A DNA stretch of 64,000 nucleotides from Bdellovibrionales bacterium (GTDB lineage Bacteria; Bdellovibrionota; Bdellovibrionia; Bdellovibrionales; JAGQZY01). Within the stretch, counting starts at the first letter, position 1; every line of letters begins with the position of its first letter. The notes below the pieces were generated by a model. The model saw only the letters and a program-made list of their open reading frames with translations. It had not been told where the DNA came from and did no database searches. This document shows positions 12,208 through 22,776 of the stretch, in pieces. Where the stretch lies: contig JANPLN010000015.1 of assembly GCA_031426555.1 (NCBI GenBank), positions 61,092-125,091 of the forward strand, written 5' to 3'. The position numbers were made by a program, and so were the translations under genes.

Positions 12208-12690
12208 CTAATCTCCACACTGTTCTGTTAAACAAATTCCGTACTGTGTTTTAATCCAAACTGGATCCAAGGAAATGCCTTCATTTCTTTGTCCGTCTCT
12301 GACTTCTGCACCCACTCGAGAATGTTCGTTGGCGGTTCGACCCTGAGGATCTTCTTCGATAAACATGGCGATCCTACGCTCGGTGGGGTATTGGTTTTTG
12401 TCGCCGCCGCGTTGGGCGATTTCGTTATTGGTTCCGTGCAAACGATTTTCGTAAGCGTGATAACTTAAGGTCAATGGCTTATTGCCTCGGAACCACCAAA
12501 GGTGCGAACGATGTCTAAAGATCTCAAAGGTGTAGGTGCGCGAAGCAATTGATTGCAGAATTGCCGTGTGGGTAACTCCAAAAAAACCAAGGGTGTAACG
12601 AGACAGAACTATAAAAATAAACAGAATAATCACTGATTCCAAAACAGCCAGGCCACGTTCGTTTTTGAGGTTGGGTGCGGTGTTCTTCAT
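12208..12690 (-). CDS. TadE-like pseudopilin
   Basis: Start trimmed to MKNTAPNLKNERGLAVLESVIILFIFIVL, which matches the TadE-type N-terminal motif (G..E followed by a hydrophobic helix). Confidence 0.6.
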   Translation of the reverse strand: MKNTAPNLKNERGLAVLESVIILFIFIVLSRYTLGFFGVTHTAILQSIASRTYTFEIFRHRSHLWWFRGNKPLTLSYHAYENRLHGTNNEIAQRGGDKNQYPTERRIAMFIEEDPQGRTANEHSRVGAEVRDGQRNEGISLDPVWIKTQYGICLTEQCGD

Positions 12691-12691
12691 G

Positions 12692-13309
12692 CTAACACCC
12701 GTCGTCCATAGTTGGTAAATACGCATCATCTCGCACAAAGCCCAAGGCAAAGCCCGCTTTCAGGGTTTGAATCTGTTTAAAGCGGTCTTTCGTAAAATCC
12801 TCGCATTCCTTTTCTGTAGGCTCACGCATCAGATACGAAGAAACCTGAGTGCCAAGATCATCGTCGGTGGTGCTACCTAACAAAGGGATGTTCATACTTA
12901 ACACTTTTGCAACTAGGCTGGTTCGCGCACCAACGAAGGTATCGGAGTCTTCTCCGGCGGTTTGCGAAAACTCGGCGCTAAAATCCTTAAGTTCAACATC
13001 GCTAATCTCAAACCAATCGTTGCGAAAGAAATTTCCTAGAACCGAATTTTGATCGCGTAAAAGCTTTTGAAATTTTTCTTTGCCAACGCGACGTTGCTCG
13101 TCTTCGTTTTTGTGAGCGGCAAAAAAAGATCTAGCGCTGGCGAAAGTGGCATATTGAGTGATTTCGACAACTACAAAAGTGATTGCAAACCGAAAGAGAA
13201 TAGCAGAAAACGTAAACATCATGATGGACGCAAAGATAAAATCAAGGGTCAGCATCCCTTTTTGATTTTTTAAAATGTTTCGTGCCGGTTGTTTAGTCAT
13301 CTTCATCAT
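12692..13309 (-). CDS. TadE/TadG-like pseudopilin
   Basis: Start trimmed to MMKMTKQPARNILKNQKGMLTLDFIFASIMMFTF, a basic leader followed by a hydrophobic helix. It sits within the pseudopilin run. Confidence 0.55.
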   Translation of the reverse strand: MMKMTKQPARNILKNQKGMLTLDFIFASIMMFTFSAILFRFAITFVVVEITQYATFASARSFFAAHKNEDEQRRVGKEKFQKLLRDQNSVLGNFFRNDWFEISDVELKDFSAEFSQTAGEDSDTFVGARTSLVAKVLSMNIPLLGSTTDDDLGTQVSSYLMREPTEKECEDFTKDRFKQIQTLKAGFALGFVRDDAYLPTMDDGC

Positions 13310-13313
13310 ATTC

Positions 13314-13562
13314 CTATATAGGTTCCGGACTCGCACGGCGTCCATACACATTGGGGTGAATATCGCTGCCGGTGTTTCCTTCGGACCACACACCATTTTG
13401 AATCATGCCCTGAAGGTAAGACCACGGACCACTGACCATCTTGCGTAAAAAATCCTGATCCTTGATGGCTCCCGTTCCCACTTTTGCAAATGCGAGAGCA
13501 ATCACGAGGAGCAAAACAGCTTCAATCGTCATTTGTCCTCGTTGGTTGCGAAAGCGTCTCAT
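13314..13562 (-). CDS. Small TadE-like pseudopilin (82 aa)
   Basis: Only the C-terminal 82 codons of the 306-aa ORF are kept (MRRFRNQRGQMTIEAVLLLVIALAF). Its ATG forms an ATGA overlap with the peptidase stop. Confidence 0.55.
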   Translation of the reverse strand: MRRFRNQRGQMTIEAVLLLVIALAFAKVGTGAIKDQDFLRKMVSGPWSYLQGMIQNGVWSEGNTGSDIHPNVYGRRASPEPI

Positions 13563-14047
13563 ACGACCCCTCCCACCGACAAAAAGCTGAGCCATCCTAA
13601 AAGAATAGCCACCGTGTAGGGAATTTTTTGTTGAGAGGCTTGTGGATTTCGTAAAATCAACGATTGAGCAAACGTCGTTAGCTGACCAGCAAACATCAGC
13701 TTTAAGAGTCCGATGAGCAGCCCCCAAAAGAGAGAGTAGGCGAGCACGGTTGTGCTGATGAGTGGCGATGTGAGCAAGCAAAACACCGCCAGCAATTTTA
13801 AATCGCCAGCCCCAAGTGCGCCAAAAAAGAAAAGCGGAGTGAGTGCAATAAAGAAAGCTACGCTTCCTAAAAGACTGCTCAACACGGGCAAGAGAGCGGT
13901 CTTTGTAGCACCTAAAAATAGAACACTCAAAAAAGCGCTGGAAACAAATAGCCAGTTTGGAAAACGTCCCGATTTGACGTCGAATCCGCAAGCTATGAGC
14001 AGCAGGAGTGTTGGTGCTAAAAGGGAGAGCTCGTGAAAAACCATCAA
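13559..14047 (-). CDS. Prepilin peptidase, A24 family (CpaA/TadV type)
   Basis: 162 aa and polytopic. Both catalytic Asp contexts are present: FDVKSGRFPNW and GALGAGDLKLL. Confidence 0.8.
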   Translation of the reverse strand: MMVFHELSLLAPTLLLLIACGFDVKSGRFPNWLFVSSAFLSVLFLGATKTALLPVLSSLLGSVAFFIALTPLFFFGALGAGDLKLLAVFCLLTSPLISTTVLAYSLFWGLLIGLLKLMFAGQLTTFAQSLILRNPQASQQKIPYTVAILLGWLSFLSVGGVV

Positions 14048-14256
14048 GGCACTCCTGTGGGTGGACCAGCGGGGGGAACTTGCCAGTTGTTGGGTGGATA
14101 GTTAAAAGCTTGCCCTGTGGAAAGTTGCTGTTCGACGCGCGCACCGAGGCGAGGAGCGGAGTTTCTAAAAACTTCCATCGGGCCTTTTTCGCCGGTAAAT
14201 GCGCCCATAAGTACGAATACAAAAAGTCCAACAAGTAAAACGTATTCGACGATCAC
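14044..14256 (-). CDS. Small Flp-like membrane protein lacking a recognisable leader
   Basis: A GTG at 14256 lies 5 nt after GGAGG and gives MIVEYVLLVGLFVFVLMGAF..., an EY-hydrophobic core like mature Flp. No G/xxxxEY cleavage site precedes it, and the C-terminus is Pro-rich. Confidence 0.4.
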   Translation of the reverse strand: MIVEYVLLVGLFVFVLMGAFTGEKGPMEVFRNSAPRLGARVEQQLSTGQAFNYPPNNWQVPPAGPPTGVP

Positions 14257-14346
14257 GAGAACCTCCAAGGTTTACCTAGTAAACATCGGAATTCTCAAAT
14301 AAAAACATAAGTACAGTTTGGTATATTAGACGGTAGAGGATAGAAA

Positions 14347-14392
14347 CCAAGAGACCTTCGTCCTGTAGAAGAGATCTACAAAAGGCCTCTTG
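14347..14392 (-). terminator. Compound hairpin downstream of flp (possible attenuator)
   Basis: The outer stem caagagacc/ggcctcttg has one mismatch and encloses the inner hairpin tgtaga-agaga-tctaca. It lies 25 nt after the flp stop and has only a weak U-tract. Confidence 0.35.
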
Positions 14393-14415
14393 TTTATGAG
14401 CGTTAGATGGGGCTG

Positions 14416-14595
14416 TTAGTTAGCACTAAAGCCTTGGATATCGTTTCCGAGGTCGTCAACTTTACCGCGAATGATCCCCATAATCTTATCTTTAAAAAGC
14501 ATGGCAATTCCTACCACGATCACAAGCATAAGAATGTACTCGGTTGCACCCTGCGCTGATTCATCTGTCCAAAGAGTTTTAATACTGTTTTTCAT
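14416..14595 (-). CDS. flp: Flp family type IVb pilin (59 aa), absent from the supplied ORF track
   Basis: My own translation of the minus strand gives MKNSIKTLWTDESAQGATEYILMLVIVVGIAMLFKDKIMGIIRGKVDDLGNDIQGFSAN. It has the Flp motif G/ATEY followed by a hydrophobic helix, and a GGAGG RBS 6 nt upstream. Confidence 0.85.
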   Translation of the reverse strand: MKNSIKTLWTDESAQGATEYILMLVIVVGIAMLFKDKIMGIIRGKVDDLGNDIQGFSAN

Positions 14596-14743
14596 TCGTG
14601 GCCTCCTTCAAACGGCTATGTGCTTATGTTATCGGACGGTCCGGCAAAACCATAAGGACTTTGTTTGAGACATCCGAAAATAGCGAGAATGTGTTTCAGA
14701 ATGAGACAGTCCGGGGGAGGTTAAAAACGCACTTCATTAAAAA

Positions 14744-15091
14744 TTATTCGTGATTCGAAGTGGACGGTGATTCTTTGGTTGTTTTCATTTTTTGATAAAG
14801 CTTCATGGCTTTTTGGGGGTTCGGGGGAGTTGGGTTAGCAGTCGAAAGCAAATCTCCTACCTTTATCCCTTCTCTGTCGTAAACCGATCCCTTTTCGACT
14901 CGAACCACTTCCATCAACGAGTTTCCGGCGGGCTTGAGAGTGATTTGCTTGAGCAGCAACGATAAGTCGTTTAATTCTTGAGGGGTGGCCTTTGCCATTA
15001 CAGTATTCAAATTCTTAGGCTCTGCAGATGAGGGTAGTGGGAGGATGCAAAATGCGATGAGAGCATATATTAATTGCGAGCTGAATTTCAT
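14744..15091 (-). CDS. Secreted hypothetical protein, first gene of the flp/tad operon
   Basis: It has a signal peptide (MKFSSQLIYALIAFCILPLPSSA) and an RBS ggagg. The segment VEKGSVYDREGIKVGDLL looks like a PDZ/GspC fragment, but only weakly. Confidence 0.5.
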   Translation of the reverse strand: MKFSSQLIYALIAFCILPLPSSAEPKNLNTVMAKATPQELNDLSLLLKQITLKPAGNSLMEVVRVEKGSVYDREGIKVGDLLSTANPTPPNPQKAMKLYQKMKTTKESPSTSNHE

Positions 15092-15132
15092 TGTTGCCTC
15101 CGACGAGATGTTATAGTGAAGAAATTTATTAA

Positions 15133-15162
15133 ATAGTATCTTTTAGTGAAGGAGGAAATCAA
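15133..15162 (-). promoter_or_regulatory. Candidate sigma70-type promoter of the flp/tad operon
   Basis: On the minus strand TTGATT, 18 nt, then TACTAT, about 40 nt upstream of the 15091 start. This is pattern matching only. Confidence 0.35.
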
Positions 15163-15170
15163 ATGTTTTA

Positions 15171-15232
15171 TAATAAGTAATAAGTAATAAGTAATAAGTA
15201 ATAAGTAATAAGTAATAAGTAATAAGTAATAG
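15171..15232. repeat. Perfect heptanucleotide tandem repeat (TAATAAG) x8 plus one partial unit
   Basis: Counted directly: 8 exact units of taataag plus taatag, 62 nt in total. It is intergenic. Confidence 0.97.
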
Positions 15233-15580
15233 AAAATCTACTTAGTGGGTTTAACGGGCAGCGTGCGTAGGTAACGACTTGCCAGAAGCAAATTCAGGAT
15301 TCACACAGTACGGATTTAAGAAAACTATGAAAGAACTCTGCGAGCCTTGCGTCAATCCGGGAAATTAAATTAAAAAATATTTGACCTGCTTTTTTGATTT
15401 CAAATTTCGTCGCTATCACTTTTTCTTTTTCCCACTCGTATCCCTGGACGGGTCTGGCAACGACTCACCTCACAACGAATCTTCGAGAGCTAGATGTAGG
15501 CTCAGGAGAAAAAACTTTTTAAATGTCCGGATGGGTAGATTCTCAAAAAAAGCAATTCTCAGAGTCGTGATAGATTGAAT

Positions 15581-15599
15581 CACTTCCGTAGCGGAAGTG
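15581..15599 (+). repeat. Perfect hairpin whose 16-nt core recurs at 16457..16472
   Basis: cacttccg-tag-cggaagtg has an 8-bp stem. The string cacttccgtagcggaa is repeated exactly inside the HNH gene. Confidence 0.6.
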
Positions 15600-15638
15600 A
15601 ACTGCTTTTGAAATTGCAATTTTAACGAAAGGAAAAAT

Positions 15639-16754
15639 ATGATTTTAAAAACTCTCAGCGACGATTTATTGGAGACCCGCTTAAAAAAACTCGTGGGAAC
15701 TGAACGAAAGATCACGCATCTGGTTTTGCAATATATTGGCGAGATAGATCGCCGAAAACTTTACGTGCGAAGAGCCTATTCAAGTCTTTTTGAGTTCTTG
15801 GTGAAGGAGCATGGATACAGTGCTGCCGCCGCCATGCGAAGAATTGAAGGGGCTCGTTTATTGATACAAATTCCGGAAGTTTCGGAAAAATTGGAAAGTG
15901 GGGCTTTGAATCTGAGCCACGTTGCGCTTGTTCAACGTGCTGAGCGTGAATATAAGAAAGAGACAAAATCAGACATACCAATAGAAACTAAGCGGGAACT
16001 GCTTTCAAGAATTGAAAATCAAACTCAATCCAAGTCAGAAACCCTCATTTCGCAAGAATTGGACATTAGTTTCGTGACGAAAAACAAACTCACATATCAT
16101 AAAGATGAGTCGGTCACACTGATGGTCACGTTCACGAAAGATCAATTGGCTGACTTAGAGCAAGCACAATCGATGCTATCGCACGCAGTCCCAGAAAAAA
16201 ACTGGGCGAGTTTAATTATTTATTTGGCGCAAAAAGAGATCTCTCGACGAATCGGTCGCAAAATTCCTCTACGAGAAATCCAAGCTCCTCAGAAAGGAAG
16301 CAAAAATCTTCAACCTGAAATTAAAGCTCCTCGGTCGAAAACCAAATCTACAGAACTGGAAATTAAGACTTCGACGCGCGAGACCAAAGGTTCAGGGCCG
16401 GAAATTAAAACTTCTAGGCGGGAAACCAAATCTTATTTGTGGGAAGCTACCTCCCACACTTCCGTAGCGGAAACGAGTCATGTTGAAAATGGAATTCTTC
16501 ATATTACAGCGCAAACCCTCTCACGAAAAAGAAAAGCAATTGGTCGTAAACTCAAGCAACAACTTTTATTAAAGGACGCATTCTGTCTATTTCGTGATCC
16601 GCAAACAGGCAGAACTTGTGGCAGTCGCCATTTTTTACAAATTGATCATATTAAAAGTATAAGCGCTGGTGGCGGCAATGAGCCGGCTAACCTGCAAGTC
16701 CTATGTGGGAGACACAATCGCTATAAGTATGAGCAGGAAGTAAAGAAAGAATAA
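15639..16754 (+). CDS. HNH endonuclease with a DUF222-like N-terminal region
   Basis: The C-terminal HNH motif is CGSRHFLQIDHIKSISAGGGNEPANLQVLCGRHNRYK. The N-terminus (ERKITHLVLQYIGEIDRRKLY...YSSLFEFL) resembles DUF222/13E12-type HNH proteins. Three 14-aa internal repeats are present. Confidence 0.75.
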   Translation: MILKTLSDDLLETRLKKLVGTERKITHLVLQYIGEIDRRKLYVRRAYSSLFEFLVKEHGYSAAAAMRRIEGARLLIQIPEVSEKLESGALNLSHVALVQRAEREYKKETKSDIPIETKRELLSRIENQTQSKSETLISQELDISFVTKNKLTYHKDESVTLMVTFTKDQLADLEQAQSMLSHAVPEKNWASLIIYLAQKEISRRIGRKIPLREIQAPQKGSKNLQPEIKAPRSKTKSTELEIKTSTRETKGSGPEIKTSRRETKSYLWEATSHTSVAETSHVENGILHITAQTLSRKRKAIGRKLKQQLLLKDAFCLFRDPQTGRTCGSRHFLQIDHIKSISAGGGNEPANLQVLCGRHNRYKYEQEVKKE

Positions 16755-16903
16755 ATATTAAATTTTTCCAAGTTTTAAGGAGCCAATAAGATTGCGAGTA
16801 ATAGTAAAAGAGCGAGTTTGAGATCTTGAGAGAGATCCATACAAAAGTAAATGAGAATAAATTTATCTAGCTCTAAGGGGTGCGTTCGATTCAGCTTAAA
16901 GCA

Positions 16904-19346
<2,443 letters not shown>

Positions 19347-19352
19347 GGCTGT

Positions 19353-20825
19353 ATGGATTTAGGTAAAGCCTCCCTCCGAGATATATCCACCGCCGTCAAA
19401 GGCAAAGCCATTAGCGCCAAAGAAGTGACAAATTTTTTTCAACAGCGAATCGAAAAGCTCAATAAAAAATTCAACGCGTTTGTTACGTTAAACGAGTCGG
19501 CACAAAAAGAAGCCGAAGCGGTCGATCTCAAAATCCAAAAGGGACAAGATCCTGGTTTCTTGGCGGGAGTTCCCGTGGGAGTTAAGGATCTTTTTTGCAC
19601 CAAAGGTCTTCGCACCACAGCGGCCTCTAAAATTTTAGCCAACTTCGTACCGCCTTACACCGCAACCTGTGTGCAGCGTTTGCAGGATCAAGGAGCCATT
19701 GTCCTTGGCAAAACCAACATGGATGAGTTTGCCATGGGTTCCTCCAACGAAACCTCAAATTTTGGAACCTGCCACAACCCTTGGAACACCGACTACGTTG
19801 CGGGAGGCTCCAGCGGCGGTTCGGCAGCCGCGGTGGCGGCAGGGCTTGTTCCGGCCACTTTGGGTTCTGACACTGGCGGATCCATTCGGCAGCCCGCAGC
19901 TTTTTGCGGCTTGGCCGGCGTTAAGCCCACTTACGGTCGTATTAGCCGCTATGGAATGATTGCCTTTGCCTCGTCCCTCGACCAAGCGGGTCCCATGGCG
20001 CGCACGGTGGATGATTGTGCATTTTTGCTCGATGCCATGTGCGGACACGATGCGAAGGATTCCACCACCAGCGCACGACCGTGGGAAAAACTCGCCGCGC
20101 AAAAAAATTTAAAAAGTTACAAATTTAAAGTGGGCTTGCCCAAGGAATATTTTGAACACAACATCGAAGAGTCGGTAAAAAAAGCGTTTTGGGACACCAT
20201 CGAAAATTTAAAAAAACAAGGCGTTGAATTTGTAGATATTCAGTTGCCGCACACGCCCTATGCTGTGCCAGTGTATTACATGGTGGCGACGAGTGAAGCC
20301 TCGAGCAACCTCTCGCGGTATGATGGCATTCGTTACGGCTTTCGCGCCGAGCCGCCCGCAAAAGATTGGGCCAGCCTCGACGAATTGTATTCTGTGACGC
20401 GGGCCCAGGGTTTTGGCGATGAAGTGAAACGCCGAATTATTCTTGGAACGTTTGCGCTCTCAACCGGTTACTACGATGCCTACTACTCAAAGGCGAGCAA
20501 AGTGCGCCGTCTCATACAAAATGATTTTATCGAAGCGTTTAAAAACTGCGATTTAATCATGGGTCCGGTCACCACGTCGCCGGCTTTCAAAACAAGCACG
20601 CGAATTAATGATCCGATTCAAATGTATCTCAACGATATTTTCACAACGTCCATCAACTTAGCGGGCTTGCCTGCCATGACGGTGCCGGTGGGTCTAAATT
20701 CACAAGGCTTGCCAGTGGGAGTGCAAATCATGGCTCCGCACTTTGCCGAAGCGGCGATGCTTTCTCTTGCGCAAGGAATCGAAGATGTGAGCGACATGAA
20801 AGGGAAGGTGCCCCATGGCGTATAG
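19353..20825 (+). CDS. gatA: Asp/Glu-tRNA amidotransferase subunit A
   Basis: It carries the amidase signature ([26 protein letters not shown]) and lies between gatC and gatB. Confidence 0.95.
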   Translation: MDLGKASLRDISTAVKGKAISAKEVTNFFQQRIEKLNKKFNAFVTLNESAQKEAEAVDLKIQKGQDPGFLAGVPVGVKDLFCTKGLRTTAASKILANFVPPYTATCVQRLQDQGAIVLGKTNMDEFAMGSSNETSNFGTCHNPWNTDYVAGGSSGGSAAAVAAGLVPATLGSDTGGSIRQPAAFCGLAGVKPTYGRISRYGMIAFASSLDQAGPMARTVDDCAFLLDAMCGHDAKDSTTSARPWEKLAAQKNLKSYKFKVGLPKEYFEHNIEESVKKAFWDTIENLKKQGVEFVDIQLPHTPYAVPVYYMVATSEASSNLSRYDGIRYGFRAEPPAKDWASLDELYSVTRAQGFGDEVKRRIILGTFALSTGYYDAYYSKASKVRRLIQNDFIEAFKNCDLIMGPVTTSPAFKTSTRINDPIQMYLNDIFTTSINLAGLPAMTVPVGLNSQGLPVGVQIMAPHFAEAAMLSLAQGIEDVSDMKGKVPHGV

Positions 20826-22245
20826 CGATTACGAAGCGGTGATCGGTTTAGAAATTCACGCACAGCTATTTACAAAATCAAAAATCTTTTCCACCGCCTC
20901 CACAGAGTTTGGCGAGGGCGACAACTCGCAGGTCACTCCGGTGTGTGCGGGTATGCCAGGAACTCTTCCAGTGTTGAACAAAGGCGCGGTGGAGTTGGCA
21001 ATTAAAACTGGCCTGGCACTTCATTGTGAGATCAATAAAAAATCGGTGTTTTCTCGCAAGCAGTATTTTTATCCCGATCTGCCAAAGGGCTATCAAATTT
21101 CGCAGTACGATCTGCCCATCTGTTCGGGTGGCTACGTGGAATTTTACCTGAATGGAAAACTGCGAAAAGTAAATCTCGAGCGCGCGCACATGGAAGAAGA
21201 TGCGGGCAAGTCCACGCACCACGGTGACTACACGCTGGTCAATTTAAATCGTGCGGGAGTTCCCCTCTTAGAAATCGTTTCGGGCCCCGAGATGCGCTCC
21301 CCCGAAGAAGCCGCCGAGTACTCGCGCGCCGTTCGCCAGATACTGCGCTATATCGGCGTGTGTGATGGCAATCTCGAAGAGGGAAGCATGCGCTGTGATT
21401 GCAATGTGAGCGTTCGCAAAAAAGGCGTGGAAAAATTAGGAACAAAAGTTGAATTAAAAAACATCAACTCATTTAAGTTTATCGAAAAGGCGATCGAATA
21501 CGAAATTCAACGTCAGATCGACACCATTGAGGGAGGAGAGATAATCGTGCAAGAAACCCGTCTCTATGACTCTACCAAAAATAAAACCTTTTCGATGCGC
21601 TCCAAAGAAGAAGCCCAGGATTATCGGTATTTTCCAGACCCTGATCTTTTACCAATCACACTGGACACCGCCTGGATTGAGTCCATTAAAAAAGGGCTTC
21701 CTGAGTTGCCTCTCGCCAAAAGCCAACGCTTTCAGACTGACTACGGTTTGGCAGAGCTCGATGCCAACGTGCTCACTCAAGAAAAAGAAATGTCCGACTA
21801 TTATGAAGAGGTGGCTAAGAAAAGCGGCAATCCAAAGATTGCTGCCAACTGGATGATGGCCGAGTTGATGCGAGAATTAAAAGACAACAAGGTGGACGTG
21901 GAAAATTCGCCAGTGACAGCATCGGCTTTGGCCGAGCTGGTGCAGCTGATCGACAAAGGTACGATCTCGGGAAAAATGGCCAAGCAGGTGTTTGCAGAAA
22001 TGTGGACAACTAAAGATAAGCCGTCCAACCTGATTCAAAAGCTAGGACTGGAACAGATCACGGATGAGAGCGCCATTGCAAAAATTGTGGATGACGTTAT
22101 TGCCCAAAACGCCGACCAAGTGGCGCAGTACAGGTCTGGCAAAGATAAAGTTTTTGGATTTTTTGTGGGTCAAGTGATGAAGATTTCTAAGGGCCAGGCC
22201 AATCCAGATTCGGTGAATAAACTTTTGAAGGAGAAACTTAAATAG
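20815..22245 (+). CDS. gatB: Asp/Glu-tRNA amidotransferase subunit B
   Basis: It begins YEAVIGLEIHAQL and contains RCDCNVS and a C-terminal GatB/YqeY domain. It overlaps gatA by 11 nt. Confidence 0.95.
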   Translation: MAYSDYEAVIGLEIHAQLFTKSKIFSTASTEFGEGDNSQVTPVCAGMPGTLPVLNKGAVELAIKTGLALHCEINKKSVFSRKQYFYPDLPKGYQISQYDLPICSGGYVEFYLNGKLRKVNLERAHMEEDAGKSTHHGDYTLVNLNRAGVPLLEIVSGPEMRSPEEAAEYSRAVRQILRYIGVCDGNLEEGSMRCDCNVSVRKKGVEKLGTKVELKNINSFKFIEKAIEYEIQRQIDTIEGGEIIVQETRLYDSTKNKTFSMRSKEEAQDYRYFPDPDLLPITLDTAWIESIKKGLPELPLAKSQRFQTDYGLAELDANVLTQEKEMSDYYEEVAKKSGNPKIAANWMMAELMRELKDNKVDVENSPVTASALAELVQLIDKGTISGKMAKQVFAEMWTTKDKPSNLIQKLGLEQITDESAIAKIVDDVIAQNADQVAQYRSGKDKVFGFFVGQVMKISKGQANPDSVNKLLKEKLK

Positions 22246-22673
22246 TGCTAGCGCTCCTATTCAGCTTTGCGCTTTGCACAGCGCAAGCCCAGACATTTCC
22301 TAAAAAAACCATCACCTTTGATAACGGAGTCACTCTGCGAGTAGAGATGGCAACGACGCCGCAGCAAAAGCAGCAAGGACTGATGGGGCGCACATCATTA
22401 AAGATGGACCAAGGAATGCTTTTTGTTTTTCAACCCGCACAACCACTTTCGTTTTGGATGAAAAATACGCTCATACATTTGAGTATTGGTTTTTTTCGCG
22501 AAAATAAAACGCTCTTTGAGATTAAAGACATGGAGCCCATCCATGGTCCAGTGCGAGAGGAATCACTCCCACGTTATGAGAGTTCAGAGCCAGCCATGTA
22601 CGCCCTCGAGGTGCCAAAGGACTGGTTTTCTAAGTACAAAATCAAGCCAGGCATGAAGTTCCGGCTCAAATGA
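22245..22673 (+). CDS. DUF192 family protein
   Basis: It shows the family pattern QQGLMGRTSL...GMLFVF...FWMKNT. The start codon is GTG. Confidence 0.7.
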   Translation: MLALLFSFALCTAQAQTFPKKTITFDNGVTLRVEMATTPQQKQQGLMGRTSLKMDQGMLFVFQPAQPLSFWMKNTLIHLSIGFFRENKTLFEIKDMEPIHGPVREESLPRYESSEPAMYALEVPKDWFSKYKIKPGMKFRLK

Positions 22674-22776
22674 AAGTCTGGGTTCTAGACCTTCTGTGCA
22701 GAACTTGTTTTCTTTTTCAGCAATAGTATTAATATAAGAAATGTCAGGAAGACGTATAACACCAGAGGACGGCACT

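Noticed and set aside
13563-14234. N-terminal 224 codons of the 306-aa ORF 13314..14234.
   Set aside because: This part overlaps, out of frame, the well-supported prepilin peptidase and the Flp-like gene. Only the last 82 codons form a plausible gene, with a TadE-like N-terminus and an ATGA coupling.
14471-14668. 65-aa plus-strand ORF.
   Set aside because: It is antisense to the Flp pilin gene, which has a canonical motif and RBS.
15163-15180. Mini-ORF MFYNK-stop with an apparently strong GGAGG RBS, running into the heptamer repeat.
   Set aside because: The same nucleotides are better explained as the -35/spacer region of the minus-strand pilus promoter. A 5-codon ORF cannot be supported from sequence alone. 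A leader-peptide role is not excluded.
15171-15232. Possibility that the tandem repeat is a CRISPR array or minisatellite gene.
   Set aside because: The units are 7 nt long with no spacers, and the plus strand has stops in all frames. It is a simple microsatellite-type repeat.
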